Positions 15,340 to 24,753 of a stretch of DNA of 64,000 nucleotides are shown here, one piece after another; the stretch's first letter is position 1, and each line of letters starts with the position of its first letter. The DNA is taken from the IMG/VR virus record IMGVR_UViG_3300028590_000013, positions 8,233 to 72,232 of that record. One strand, given 5' to 3'. The stretch comes from a virus. Made by a program: the position numbers and the translations under genes. Under the pieces are notes generated by a model, which made no database searches, was not told the origin of the DNA, and saw only the letters and a list, made by a program, of their open reading frames with translations.

Positions 15340-15987
15340 ATGCAAGACCACTACGAAGTCCTGGGCATCGAAGAAAGCGCCACGCTCGGCGAGATCAAGG
15401 CGGCGTGGCGTCGCGCTAACAGCCGGGCACACCCGGATCGCGAAGGCGGCAGCCACGAGGCCCAGGCGCGCGTTAATGAGGCCTATCGCATCCTCAGCGA
15501 CCCGGAGGAGCGGGCGGCCTACGACAGCGGCCTGGAGAGCGCTATTGCCGACCCCAAAATGGCGTGGGCCCGTGAGTTCCTTGCCACGGTCTTTCTTGCC
15601 GTGCTGACTCAAGCGCCCGAGGGCTTGAACCTCGTAGAGGATACGTTCCGCATGCTGGCCGAGCATCGAGCCGAGCACGTGCGAAGTCTCACGGAGCAGC
15701 GCCGGACGCTCAGTCAGCTCGTGAGGCGCAGCAACGCGTTGCTGTTCAAGGGACAGGGCATCGACTACCTCAAGGCAGCTGTGGAGCAGCGCATGAGCCA
15801 ATTGCGCGAAGCCATTGAGGCCAACACGAAGATGATCGAGCGCATCGATGGCGCCCACGAGATCCTGCGCGACTACGAGTTCAAGGTGGCCGCTGGTGGT
15901 CAAGCTCCTACCATATGGGACCAGATCGACCGGCCTAAAGCCATTCCCGCCCGCCGCTTTGCCATCCAGTGGCCGGAGGGCTCTTGA
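15340..15987 (+). CDS. J-domain (DnaJ-like) protein
   Basis: DHYEVLGI...HPDREGG...VNEAYRILSDPEERAAYD. Confidence 0.92.
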   Translation: MQDHYEVLGIEESATLGEIKAAWRRANSRAHPDREGGSHEAQARVNEAYRILSDPEERAAYDSGLESAIADPKMAWAREFLATVFLAVLTQAPEGLNLVEDTFRMLAEHRAEHVRSLTEQRRTLSQLVRRSNALLFKGQGIDYLKAAVEQRMSQLREAIEANTKMIERIDGAHEILRDYEFKVAAGGQAPTIWDQIDRPKAIPARRFAIQWPEGS

Positions 15988-16685
15988 TGAAAGTCAAAGG
16001 ACTCAGTATCGACGTGGGCTTCACCAACATGGGCTTTGCCTTTGTCGAGGTGGATCTCAGCCTCGGGGGCCTCAAGAGCATTGAATGCATCGGCCTGGGA
16101 CTGGCACAGACCGCCAAGGATCAGGGGAAAGCCGTGCGGGTGAGCAGTGACCGCCTGAGGCGCGCTCAGGAGCTTCACGAGGCCCTCCACGAAGCCATTG
16201 GCCGCTACGGTGCTCAGGTGGCCTTCGCTGAGATCCCAGGAGGCAATACCCAGAGCGCCACGGCTGCCTATTCCTTGGGAATCGCCGTAGGCGTCTTGGC
16301 CTCCTGCTCCATCCCCATCATCGAAGTGAGCCCCATGGAAGTGAAAGCGGCCGTGGCTGGGCGCAAGGTTCAGAAGGGGGCTAGCAAGGCCGAGGTCATA
16401 GCCTGGGCAGAAAAACATTGGCCTGAGGCCCCATGGATGCGAGCCACTGGCCGCGCCACTGTGAAACGCCCACTCGCCCCTGGGAGCAAGGAAACCATCA
16501 CGGTCAGCCTTCCAGCGGGGCGCCTCACTAATGACAACGAGCACCTCGCTGATGCCATGGCTACCGTAGCTGCTGGGATCGACACGCCAGCCTTCAAACA
16601 ACTTCTTGCCATCCACCAACATGCAATACCCATGTCTGCTCACCAGCGACCTGCACCTCGTCGCGAGCGAGTCAACCTCCTATAG
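15987..16685 (+). CDS. RuvC-like Holliday junction resolvase
   Basis: SIDVGFTNMG, FAEIP, SPMEVK, ASKAEVI, EHLADA acidic catalytic motifs. Confidence 0.85.
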   Translation: MKVKGLSIDVGFTNMGFAFVEVDLSLGGLKSIECIGLGLAQTAKDQGKAVRVSSDRLRRAQELHEALHEAIGRYGAQVAFAEIPGGNTQSATAAYSLGIAVGVLASCSIPIIEVSPMEVKAAVAGRKVQKGASKAEVIAWAEKHWPEAPWMRATGRATVKRPLAPGSKETITVSLPAGRLTNDNEHLADAMATVAAGIDTPAFKQLLAIHQHAIPMSAHQRPAPRRERVNLL

Positions 16686-17631
16686 GTTCTCTCTCTTTCC
16701 CTGGTTGATCGAGGAAGCGAGGGCGGAGAAGGTGAAGAGCCTCTACATCCTGGGCGATCTCACCGATGCCAAGGACAACCACAACGCGGATCTTGTGAAT
16801 GCCATCGTGGAGAACCTGTGGAAGCTCTCCCAGGTGGTGCCGGACATCAAGATCCTCACGGGGAACCATGACTGGCTGCTCGATGGCCAGGAGTACTTCC
16901 GATTCCTCGACAAGCTCGACGGTGGCCGCGTGAAGTTCATTACGACGCCCTTCGAGGATCCAGACGTCAAGGGCCCCTCCGCCTTCTTCCTGCCTTACAG
17001 CAAGCAGCCTGCCAAGGACTGGGCGGGCTTCGACTTCAGCCACTACGAGTTTCTCTTCATGCATCAGACCGTGAAGGGCTCCGTGTCCAGCAACGGCCAA
17101 GAGATGGAGGGCGAGGATCTACCAGCCTTGAATGCTGGGAAGGTCTACAGCGGCGACATTCACGTGCCCCAGACCATTGGCAACGTCGAATACGTGGGGA
17201 GCCCTTACCACGTGCACTTCGGCGATGCCTTCACCCCACGCTGTGTGCTGCTGGAGCGCGGCGGCAATCCGGTGAACCTTTACTTCAAGACGCTGCAGCG
17301 CGTCACGCTGGTCGTGCGTGATCGGCTCGTGGCTGGAGATCTCGCTCGCGCCAAATTGCGCAAAGGTGATCAGGTCAAGCTCCGCATCAAAATGAGCGAA
17401 GCCGACAAACATGGCTGGGCAAAGATCCGCCGCGATGCCGTGGCGATGCTGCGGGACTACGAAGTCGTTATCGCCGGTGTTGAGCTGATCGTGGAGAAGG
17501 TGGAGCGCAGTCTCAGCTCAGCTGCGCGGCAGGCCACCTACAGCCCCTCCCAGGCCCTCACGCGCTTCGTGGAAGCCGAGGAATTGGGAGGCCTCGCCCT
17601 TGAACTCGGAATGAAGGTGATCGAATCATGA
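16621..17631 (+). CDS. Mre11/SbcD-like metallophosphoesterase nuclease
   Basis: SDLH, LGDLTD, GNHD, MHQ, SGDIH, YVGSPY. Confidence 0.9.
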   Translation: MQYPCLLTSDLHLVASESTSYRFSLFPWLIEEARAEKVKSLYILGDLTDAKDNHNADLVNAIVENLWKLSQVVPDIKILTGNHDWLLDGQEYFRFLDKLDGGRVKFITTPFEDPDVKGPSAFFLPYSKQPAKDWAGFDFSHYEFLFMHQTVKGSVSSNGQEMEGEDLPALNAGKVYSGDIHVPQTIGNVEYVGSPYHVHFGDAFTPRCVLLERGGNPVNLYFKTLQRVTLVVRDRLVAGDLARAKLRKGDQVKLRIKMSEADKHGWAKIRRDAVAMLRDYEVVIAGVELIVEKVERSLSSAARQATYSPSQALTRFVEAEELGGLALELGMKVIES

Positions 17632-17975
17632 AGCTCTACGCTATCCGCCACGTGGCTACGAAGGAACTCATGCCGGAGACTCACGGCCACTACACGAAGT
17701 GGGAACCTACGGCCAAACTTGACCGCTGGGGAGACCCAAAGAAAGAGCTGCCACCTCGCATGTTTCTGTCGAGGAGAACGGCCGTTTTGGCCGCAGCCGC
17801 TTGGGTACGCGGCATCTACAAGACTGCCATCGAAAGTGCCAGTGAGGGTTGGGAAAGCCCAAACTCAAACTATGACTACCAGACCGAACCTCAGCTCCAC
17901 TCTCCAGCGATCCCGAGAAATAAGGGCGATCTCGTCGTCGTAGGGTTCAACTTATTTGAGGATGTGAAGTTATGA
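17628..17975 (+). CDS. Hypothetical protein
   Basis: ATGA overlaps at both ends. Confidence 0.75.
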   Translation: MKLYAIRHVATKELMPETHGHYTKWEPTAKLDRWGDPKKELPPRMFLSRRTAVLAAAAWVRGIYKTAIESASEGWESPNSNYDYQTEPQLHSPAIPRNKGDLVVVGFNLFEDVKL

Positions 17976-18322
17976 AAGACGGGCCTAAGTACTTCGTGCG
18001 CAACGCGGACCGGTTCTACTGGGTAGGCGAGGTGTGGCGGGTCTGGTGGCAGCGGCTCAAAGGGCCCGGCGTGAGCGTGGATCGCATCCGCGCAGAGCTG
18101 ACGGCCTTCGATCATTTCTATCTCGCTGTGCAAGCCTCTGTGGCCCTCCTCATGCGCTGGGAAGCCCCTGAGCTTTGCGCCTACGAAGCCTGGGAGTGGG
18201 GCATTGAGATCGCCTGGCGTGAGATCGGCGCCTATGAACTCGACGGCGACATTGGCTACGCCTTCGACTACCTCCGCGTGCGCGGCTTTCAATACATCAT
18301 TCAATCGGACGGAACACTATGA
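17972..18322 (+). CDS. Hypothetical protein
   Basis: ATGA overlaps at both ends. Confidence 0.7.
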   Translation: MKDGPKYFVRNADRFYWVGEVWRVWWQRLKGPGVSVDRIRAELTAFDHFYLAVQASVALLMRWEAPELCAYEAWEWGIEIAWREIGAYELDGDIGYAFDYLRVRGFQYIIQSDGTL

Positions 18323-18558
18323 CAATCAAGAGCATCCACATTGAGGTCATCGGCAACGCAGGACGCTACCGCACGGTGGTGGTCGAAACGCCGACGACCA
18401 TGGGCAATCTCCGCTTCGAGATCCAGGTCGACCTGGGTTACACGGCTTCTGCTTTGGCCGGGTCCGAGGCATCGCCCATCACTGCGAAAGCACGCGTGCA
18501 AGATGCCGTCGTCAAGGCTCTTGCTGAGGTCGTCAAGCATCCGGCGTTTGGGCTATGA
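18319..18558 (+). CDS. Hypothetical protein
   Basis: ATGA overlaps at both ends. Confidence 0.7.
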   Translation: MTIKSIHIEVIGNAGRYRTVVVETPTTMGNLRFEIQVDLGYTASALAGSEASPITAKARVQDAVVKALAEVVKHPAFGL

Positions 18559-19427
18559 CTCTTGCCATTGCAGGGCCGCTCGAAGCCTTCCCCATTCGCA
18601 AAACGTACTCACGCATTCTTGTGCCCGTTAGTGGGGGCAAGGATTCTCAGGTCTGCCTGGCCCTAGCGGTTGACCGCTTCGGCGCCGACAGAGTTCTGGG
18701 CGTCCACCAGAGAACGAACTTTGATCACTCGCTGACCTATGCACACATGAAGTACATGGAAGAGCGCTACGGCGTGAAGATCATCGACATCCATAGTGAG
18801 CAGTACGAGGACGTCCCGGACGTGATGCTGCAGAACTCCATGCTCCCCAGCCGCCAGGCCAGACTCTGCACTCGACAGCTGAAAACCGGGCCCTGGTTTC
18901 GCTGGCTGGCCCGACAAGAAGACAAGGATCACCTCCTTGTCTATCTGGGAATGCGGGCAGCCGAGAGCAATGATCGCCGCAAGAATTACGGGCATCTGGA
19001 GAACAACGATCTGTATGAAATGGGCGACGTCAGTGGTGAGTGCCCCAAGAGCTGCGCCAAGGTTTCCGTCCAGCTCCCTATTGTGAGCATGAGCACATCA
19101 GCGATCTTTGAGTTCGCACGCAAACGGGGAGACAAGCTCAACCCCCTCTACAAGATGGGGCACAAGAGGGTCGGCTGCTTCCCGTGCGTATTGGCAGGGC
19201 CACGTTCAATGAAGATGACCGCAAGGGATCCAGAAGGGCGGGCAAACCTCGCACTGCTTGGCGAGATCGTGCAGGTCGTGAAGTGGGCTCGGCCAGATCA
19301 AGATCTGAGCCAGTTCTGGCCGCACGACGTCGACGCCATTCTTAGCGGGAAAGACGACCTCGATCCATTTGGCTGGAGAGACCAGCAAGAAGACAATGCA
19401 GGTGGCTGCTCATGGTGCAATTTATGA
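18555..19427 (+). CDS. PAPS reductase-family (PP-loop) protein
   Basis: VSGGKDS, RLCTRQLK, GMRAAES, LNPLY..GHKRVGCFPC, C-terminal CSWC. Confidence 0.9.
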   Translation: MTLAIAGPLEAFPIRKTYSRILVPVSGGKDSQVCLALAVDRFGADRVLGVHQRTNFDHSLTYAHMKYMEERYGVKIIDIHSEQYEDVPDVMLQNSMLPSRQARLCTRQLKTGPWFRWLARQEDKDHLLVYLGMRAAESNDRRKNYGHLENNDLYEMGDVSGECPKSCAKVSVQLPIVSMSTSAIFEFARKRGDKLNPLYKMGHKRVGCFPCVLAGPRSMKMTARDPEGRANLALLGEIVQVVKWARPDQDLSQFWPHDVDAILSGKDDLDPFGWRDQQEDNAGGCSWCNL

Positions 19428-19627
19428 GAGAAGCCCTCCTCATCGAAGAAGAGCCCGACGATCTCCTGCCTCAGATGGCGGGAGTCTTTCGTTGGAAAGC
19501 TGACGGCTCCTGGTGGTGCGCCAGGCTCGCCAATAGCCATCACCACGGCCAGGGCCCCACGCCTGAGGCCGCAATGCGCGCTGCCATCGCAGCCGCTCAG
19601 CCCAGGAAGAGGGAGAGGCTCGAATGA
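19424..19627 (+). CDS. Hypothetical protein
   Basis: ATGA overlaps; G.GPTPEAAMRAA ending. Confidence 0.7.
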   Translation: MREALLIEEEPDDLLPQMAGVFRWKADGSWWCARLANSHHHGQGPTPEAAMRAAIAAAQPRKRERLE

Positions 19628-21492
19628 TCCCCGTCGCATTACGCATTACCAATTTCCGCAGCTTCAAGAAGACTGCGGAGTTTGTCTTTCCCCAGGCCCC
19701 TGGTCTCTACTTCATGCAGGGACTCAATGAACGCGAGCCCCAGCTCGAAGGCAACGGCGCCGGTAAGTCATCCCTCTGGGAGGCGCTTACTTGGTGCATC
19801 TTCGGCAAGACCAGCCGGGGCCTCAAGGCAGGCGAAGTGGGAAACTGGGATGCCGCCAAAGGCACGCGGGTCGAGTTCGACTTCATCACGCCCAGCGGTG
19901 AGGAGTGCACCCTCATGCGCTCGTGGAAGCCCAATCAGTGGCGCCTCTACTCCACCGCCAACCCTGACGACTTCGAGGATCTCGACAAGGCCAAGCGTAA
20001 TTTCTTCATGGGCTGGTTGGGCCTGGACTACGATCCGTGGCTGAGCGCGATCATGATGGCGCAGAACCAGCCCATGTTCTTGGATCTCAAGGCCGAGCCC
20101 AAGGCGGCGCTCTTCTCTGCCGTCATGGGCCTGGACTACTGGCTTGATGCATCTGGCAAAGCCTCGAAGATGGCCTCCGCCGAAGACACGGAGATCCGCC
20201 AACTCGAGCGCCGTGAGTCCGAAGTCGAGGGCGCCCTCGCAGCGCTGGAGCGCACGGACTTCAAGGCGCAGCACAAGGAGTGGCTGAAGAGCACGGCAAA
20301 GCGCCTGGATGAGCTACGCAGCGAATGGGCGGCCTATGAGGAGTACTCCACCCTCAAGGAAGATCTGACCGCCGCCGAGAAAAAAGAGCGCAAGGCCCGC
20401 GAGGATCTCAAGAGCCTTGTGGACGCCAGCCGCGATGAGCAAGACGTCTCCCAGCGCGCAGAGCGTGAGCTGGCCGAGATTGACCGGGATCTCGCCAAGG
20501 CTGAGCAAGACGAGAAGCATGCCGAGGATCATGTCGTCGCCATCGAAGACAACGCAGCATGCTCCCAGTGCGGGCAGAAGCTCGACGCAAAGACGCGGGC
20601 GAAGCACTTGGCAGATGCTGAGGCCATCTACGTCAAGGCGAAGCGCCGAGAGGCTGATCTGAGCGGCCTCTACGAGGACAAGAGGCAAGAGGTGCGTGCG
20701 AAGCAGGATGCATTCTTCGCGGCACAGACTCACATTGAAGATGCACGTAAAGCATTGCGCCAGGCCGAAGACGCTACCGCGGGCCTGCGCCGCGACAAGC
20801 TCGCCGAGGACAAGAGACTCGATGCTATTGAGGATGAGGCCGAAAAGCTGGAGAAGGCACGCAGCCCTTTCGCCGACATGATTGAGAAGAGCAATGAGCA
20901 GGTAACAGAAATGGAGGGGGAGCTTGTGAGGCTTCACAAGAGCCTTGACGCGCGGCGGCACAACCAGAGCATCTATGGCTACTGGGTGCGTGGCTTCAAG
21001 GAGCTTCGTCTGCAGCAGATCGCCGAGGCATTGACGGAACTGGAGATCGAAGTGAACAGCGCCGTGGCGGCACTGGGATTGATCGAGTGGGAGCTTCTCT
21101 TCCAGGTTGATCGGGAAACGGCAAAGGGGACTCTTCAACGCGGCTTCAACGTGGCCGTGATGAGCCCGCACAATGAGAAGCCCGTGCCCTGGGAGGCCTG
21201 GAGTGGTGGAGAGGGGCAACGGCTGCGCATCGCCGGTAACATGGGCCTTGCGGATCTCATCCGCAACCGCACGGGCACGACGCTGAACCTGGAAGTCTGG
21301 GATGAGCCTACGCAAGGCCTGAGCCCTCGCGGAGTCGCGGATCTACTCGAGAGCCTGGCTCAGCGGGCTCGGAATGAGTCCCGTCAGATCTGGATCGTTG
21401 ACCACAGAAGCTACGACTTCGGCGGCTTTGCGGGGACGGCCACGATCGTGAAGAGCCCGAGCGGCTCGCGTATCAGACAATCCACGGTATAG
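19624..21492 (+). CDS. Rad50/SbcC-like ATPase
   Basis: NFRSF, NGAGKSS, coiled coil with CSQC hook, WSGGEGQR, WDEP, VDH. Confidence 0.93.
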   Translation: MIPVALRITNFRSFKKTAEFVFPQAPGLYFMQGLNEREPQLEGNGAGKSSLWEALTWCIFGKTSRGLKAGEVGNWDAAKGTRVEFDFITPSGEECTLMRSWKPNQWRLYSTANPDDFEDLDKAKRNFFMGWLGLDYDPWLSAIMMAQNQPMFLDLKAEPKAALFSAVMGLDYWLDASGKASKMASAEDTEIRQLERRESEVEGALAALERTDFKAQHKEWLKSTAKRLDELRSEWAAYEEYSTLKEDLTAAEKKERKAREDLKSLVDASRDEQDVSQRAERELAEIDRDLAKAEQDEKHAEDHVVAIEDNAACSQCGQKLDAKTRAKHLADAEAIYVKAKRREADLSGLYEDKRQEVRAKQDAFFAAQTHIEDARKALRQAEDATAGLRRDKLAEDKRLDAIEDEAEKLEKARSPFADMIEKSNEQVTEMEGELVRLHKSLDARRHNQSIYGYWVRGFKELRLQQIAEALTELEIEVNSAVAALGLIEWELLFQVDRETAKGTLQRGFNVAVMSPHNEKPVPWEAWSGGEGQRLRIAGNMGLADLIRNRTGTTLNLEVWDEPTQGLSPRGVADLLESLAQRARNESRQIWIVDHRSYDFGGFAGTATIVKSPSGSRIRQSTV

Positions 21493-21494
21493 AT
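21486..21494 (+). promoter_or_regulatory. SGTATAKWT motif copy
   Basis: GGTATAGAT spanning the SbcC stop, upstream of AAGGA RBS. Confidence 0.5.
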
Positions 21495-21520
21495 TGACGG
21501 AACGAACTGAAAGGAAAGCA

Positions 21521-21967
21521 ATGACTCAGCAATTGGAAATGGACCTCCCGCGCAAGCGGGTGGCACTGGCAGAAGACGTCGACGCAGCTCCGAAGGGAGA
21601 GGCAACGTTGCCAAAGACAAAGAGGTGGCGCCTGCGGCTTCTGCAGACGGAGCCCCTCGTGATCGACAGCGAGACAGGCCTTGGCTACTCTTCGTGGTTC
21701 ATCCACCAGATCCCGCCTTGTGGTGGCTACTGGGACACGCGGGTAGACAAGACGAGTGAGCACCAGCGCCTCTGGTTTGCTCCCAGCGATGATCCCGTGA
21801 CGGGAGGCGGCATGTGGTACGAGGAGCGGGCAGGCGGCCTCAAGTTCGTGGGCTCCCATGGGGAGCTGGGCGGCGCTCTGTGGTGGCGCGGCCTCTACCG
21901 CCCGCACCCCGATGGCTACACCTGGGTGGTGCCTGGCGCGAAGCGCAAGCGCGTGGGGTTGGTATGA
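21521..21967 (+). CDS. Hypothetical protein (Trp-rich)
   Basis: AAGGA RBS. Confidence 0.75.
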   Translation: MTQQLEMDLPRKRVALAEDVDAAPKGEATLPKTKRWRLRLLQTEPLVIDSETGLGYSSWFIHQIPPCGGYWDTRVDKTSEHQRLWFAPSDDPVTGGGMWYEERAGGLKFVGSHGELGGALWWRGLYRPHPDGYTWVVPGAKRKRVGLV

Positions 21968-22146
21968 GCTGGGCCGCATTGGGCCCCATCCTACTAGCCC
22001 TGCTTTGCGTGATCGTGGTCTTCGTCTTCCCCGGGCTGTGGGATGCCATGGAACGCAAGCACATGCGCGATTCCATACGCGAGGCCGATGACATGATGGA
22101 ACGCGCGCACCCAGGCTGGCGTAAATCCCGAGGACGGCGGGATTAA
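21964..22146 (+). CDS. Small single-TM protein
   Basis: ATGA overlap; hydrophobic N-terminus; last + strand gene before convergence. Confidence 0.7.
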   Translation: MSWAALGPILLALLCVIVVFVFPGLWDAMERKHMRDSIREADDMMERAHPGWRKSRGRRD

Positions 22147-22991
22147 AGCGGCAGATCAGGGCGCCCCTCATACCACGTCAAATACGTGGAAACCCGCTGC
22201 GCATCCGTGGGATCGGTGCTGGTCAACCTGAGGAGGTAGGTCGTGCTGGGGGCAAGGAGTCGTTCCTGCCCAGCCACTGAGTAGGCGCCTTGAACACTCT
22301 GGCCCTGGAGGTCGGAGCCGATAGCGAAAGTAGGGGCGCCGAACTCCACGCCCGCCGCTGAGACCGCGGCGCCGCTCAGGGCTTGAACCGTGCTTGCCAC
22401 GGGATTTATCTCGTTGAGGTTGTAGATCGGCACTGGAGTGCCACCCGTATAGGTGGGCCCCCGGTAGACACGAGCGGTCAAACCCTTGCCGTCAAAAGCA
22501 AGCTGCCGCGCCTTGACGATGACTGGCTTCAAACCAGTGATGAAGATCGTATCCACGGTGGCGCCCGCCGCAAGCGCTGCCACCAAAGCACTGGCCTCGA
22601 ACTGCACTCCGTTCTTGACATTGGCTTCCGTGTAACTTTGCGCGGTCAGGGCACGCGTGCCGCTGAAGGCTCCCTGCGGGAAGCTGAGGCCCTGCAGATC
22701 AGACCACCATGCCGAAAGGCCCGAGCCCCCAGAGATTCCCGCGAGGGTCAGGCGGTACTGGGCCACGGCCCCGTAGTTGAAAATGACCTGTGGCCCCTGT
22801 AGGGGCAGATTCACTCCCCCTGGGACTGGCGACCAAACATTCGAGCCCATCAAGCGAGATTCGAGGGTTGCCGTGCCGGAGCCAGGATAAGTGTCGCACG
22901 TCAGCACCACCTGCTGATTCGTACCGGGGGCACCAGCTATCAAAAAGGTTTGCTGGCCGTTAGCGAGGTTCAACGGGTATTGCTGGTTCAT
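22143..22991 (-). CDS. Phage hypothetical beta-rich protein (possibly virion-associated)
   Basis: GAGGAG RBS; last gene of late operon. Confidence 0.75.
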   Translation of the reverse strand: MNQQYPLNLANGQQTFLIAGAPGTNQQVVLTCDTYPGSGTATLESRLMGSNVWSPVPGGVNLPLQGPQVIFNYGAVAQYRLTLAGISGGSGLSAWWSDLQGLSFPQGAFSGTRALTAQSYTEANVKNGVQFEASALVAALAAGATVDTIFITGLKPVIVKARQLAFDGKGLTARVYRGPTYTGGTPVPIYNLNEINPVASTVQALSGAAVSAAGVEFGAPTFAIGSDLQGQSVQGAYSVAGQERLLAPSTTYLLRLTSTDPTDAQRVSTYLTWYEGRPDLPL

Positions 22992-23493
22992 GGCGGCTCC
23001 TCAGGGCTTCAATGGCGGCTTGGGCTTCGGCGTATTGCTTGTAGCAGGTATCTCGTTGCAGTCGGACGTGCTGCCAGAGAGCAGCCTTCCCCGCAAGAAA
23101 CAATCCATCGTCACGGTATAGTCCGGCTCCTGTTGACCAACCGCTGGTTCCAAGGCTGGGAACCGCGGCAGGGCTGGTCGGCTCGGCTGGCCGCTGGGGA
23201 CGCTTTGACAGCTCGCCAACAACAAGCTGAAGACGGCGATTGATGTCTGTAAGTAGCGCGGCATTGCTCTTCCTTTCTTCATCGGCTTTCGCCTGAAGTT
23301 GATCACTGACTTCACGAACCCTCTCGGCATCGCGCAGAGTGGCCTGCGTGCGCTTGAGTTCGACTTGATTCCAGAGGCTTTGCACGCCCTCTGCGCCATT
23401 TTTAGAGCCCAACCCATAGCCGCCCCCACCCACGGCCACAAACGCGGCTACGAGGCCCAGTAACACCCAGGGGTTGAGTAGGCCGAGGTTCAT
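22960..23493 (-). CDS. Rz-like inner-membrane spanin
   Basis: N-terminal TM, coiled coil, C-terminal Cys; follows endolysin. Confidence 0.8.
   Translation of the reverse strand: MNLGLLNPWVLLGLVAAFVAVGGGGYGLGSKNGAEGVQSLWNQVELKRTQATLRDAERVREVSDQLQAKADEERKSNAALLTDINRRLQLVVGELSKRPQRPAEPTSPAAVPSLGTSGWSTGAGLYRDDGLFLAGKAALWQHVRLQRDTCYKQYAEAQAAIEALRSRHEPAIPVEPR
23001..23264 (-). CDS. Rz1-like outer-membrane spanin embedded in Rz
   Basis: AAGGA RBS; lipobox LLLASC; Pro-rich; alternate frame inside i-spanin. Confidence 0.65.
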   Translation of the reverse strand: MPRYLQTSIAVFSLLLASCQSVPSGQPSRPALPRFPALEPAVGQQEPDYTVTMDCFLRGRLLSGSTSDCNEIPATSNTPKPKPPLKP

Positions 23494-24128
23494 TTCAACG
23501 CTCCCACGATACGGGCCTTAATGGCCTTGACGTCTTCGAGGCCGATCTGCCCGCCGTTGATCACCTTGCGGATGGCGCGTGCGTCGCCGATGATGGCATC
23601 GGGCACACGGCCTTCCCAGTAGTCCAGGGCGAACCCCAAAGCGAAGTGCGGCTGCGCGGCGAGATCTGGAATGCCCACGAGATCCTGACCGCTGCGTTCC
23701 CCCTGCCAGGCATAGTTGGCCTTGCCCGTGAGCATGATGAGACCACGCCCCGGATAGAGGGCGCCATCACCAGGCAAGTTGTTGCCCAGGCGCCCCCCGT
23801 ACACAGCCTCGAAGAAAGCCCCCTCGTTGTAGGCCAAGGCATCGGCGCGCGGCACGAGGGAGCGCCAGCGGCTGCCCGGGGGCTGGCTGTTGCCGATCTC
23901 GCGGATCCGCGCGGCGCTGTACTTGCCGTTCTCTTTGAGGGTTTCCAACTTGCCGCACTCGTGCAGCGTGGTCGAGAGGAAATCAGGCAGCTCCTCGGCG
24001 CCCTTGCTGAAGCTTTCGGCGCGAATGGTGTTTTGAAAGATGGGCCCCCATAGGGCAGCCGTGAGGGGGCGGCAACCCGCCGCCTTGAGCAGGGCTTCCC
24101 ACTCGCCCGGCGATTGCGGAAATTTCAT
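23490..24128 (-). CDS. Glycoside hydrolase family 19 endolysin
   Basis: FL...HECG..LKEN, YGGRLGN..GDG..YPGRGLIMLTGKANY, INGG.IGL. Confidence 0.92.
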   Translation of the reverse strand: MKFPQSPGEWEALLKAAGCRPLTAALWGPIFQNTIRAESFSKGAEELPDFLSTTLHECGKLETLKENGKYSAARIREIGNSQPPGSRWRSLVPRADALAYNEGAFFEAVYGGRLGNNLPGDGALYPGRGLIMLTGKANYAWQGERSGQDLVGIPDLAAQPHFALGFALDYWEGRVPDAIIGDARAIRKVINGGQIGLEDVKAIKARIVGALK

Positions 24129-24304
24129 GGCGTTGCTCCTGCGCATTGCGCGTAGAGTTGGATAACGATGGCGTAGTGGTTCGCGCGGTCGGCCTCAGTG
24201 GCGCGTTGCGCGAGTTCAGGCAGAGGCGGACAACGGCGAGGTGGGGCTTCCGGGGGAACCGCGGCGCACCCTGCCAACAAGAGGACAAGCAGCGTAATTC
24301 TCAT
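24125..24304 (-). CDS. 59-aa lipoprotein, o-spanin-like (not in ORF track)
   Basis: Own translation MRITLLVLLLAGCAAVPPEAPPRRCPPLPELAQRATEADRANHYAIVIQLYAQCAGATP; LAGC lipobox; ATGA overlaps both ends. Confidence 0.8.
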   Translation of the reverse strand: MRITLLVLLLAGCAAVPPEAPPRRCPPLPELAQRATEADRANHYAIVIQLYAQCAGATP

Positions 24305-24753
24305 CGGCTGTGTTCCCGCAGCTTCTCATTTGCCTTGCGGATCTCGCGATTGACGACCTCTGGTTGCACAGAAGCCGCTGGGGGCGGCGAGGCCTTGGCC
24401 GCAACAACTGCGGCCTTCTTGGCCGCCTTGTCAGCCTTGCTAGCAGCCTCTGCCGCTTTGTCTGCTGCTTCGTTAACAGCTGCGGTTGCTTCTACCGCAC
24501 TGCCGGTTGCCTGGCGGGCGGTGTTGACGCACATCTGCGCCTGGCCGAGCACGGCGTCGAGTGCCACCTTGTTAGCCTTCTGCAGGCGGTCCAGTTCGGC
24601 GAGGTGGTTGGTGCGCTCGATCTGCACGGCTGCGTAGTAGCCAAGAAAGGCGCCTCCCCCGGCCAGGCCACAAAGCACCATCACAGACTCGAAGCCCCGC
24701 CGCAGATGGGTTCGCATGGGCGTTTTGCGGACTTCGCCCTCATTGTTTTGCAT
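24301..24753 (-). CDS. Single-TM Ala-rich coiled-coil lysis-cassette protein (i-spanin-like)
   Basis: TM VMVLCGLAGGGAFLGYYA then Ala/Lys helix. Confidence 0.7.
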   Translation of the reverse strand: MQNNEGEVRKTPMRTHLRRGFESVMVLCGLAGGGAFLGYYAAVQIERTNHLAELDRLQKANKVALDAVLGQAQMCVNTARQATGSAVEATAAVNEAADKAAEAASKADKAAKKAAVVAAKASPPPAASVQPEVVNREIRKANEKLREHSR

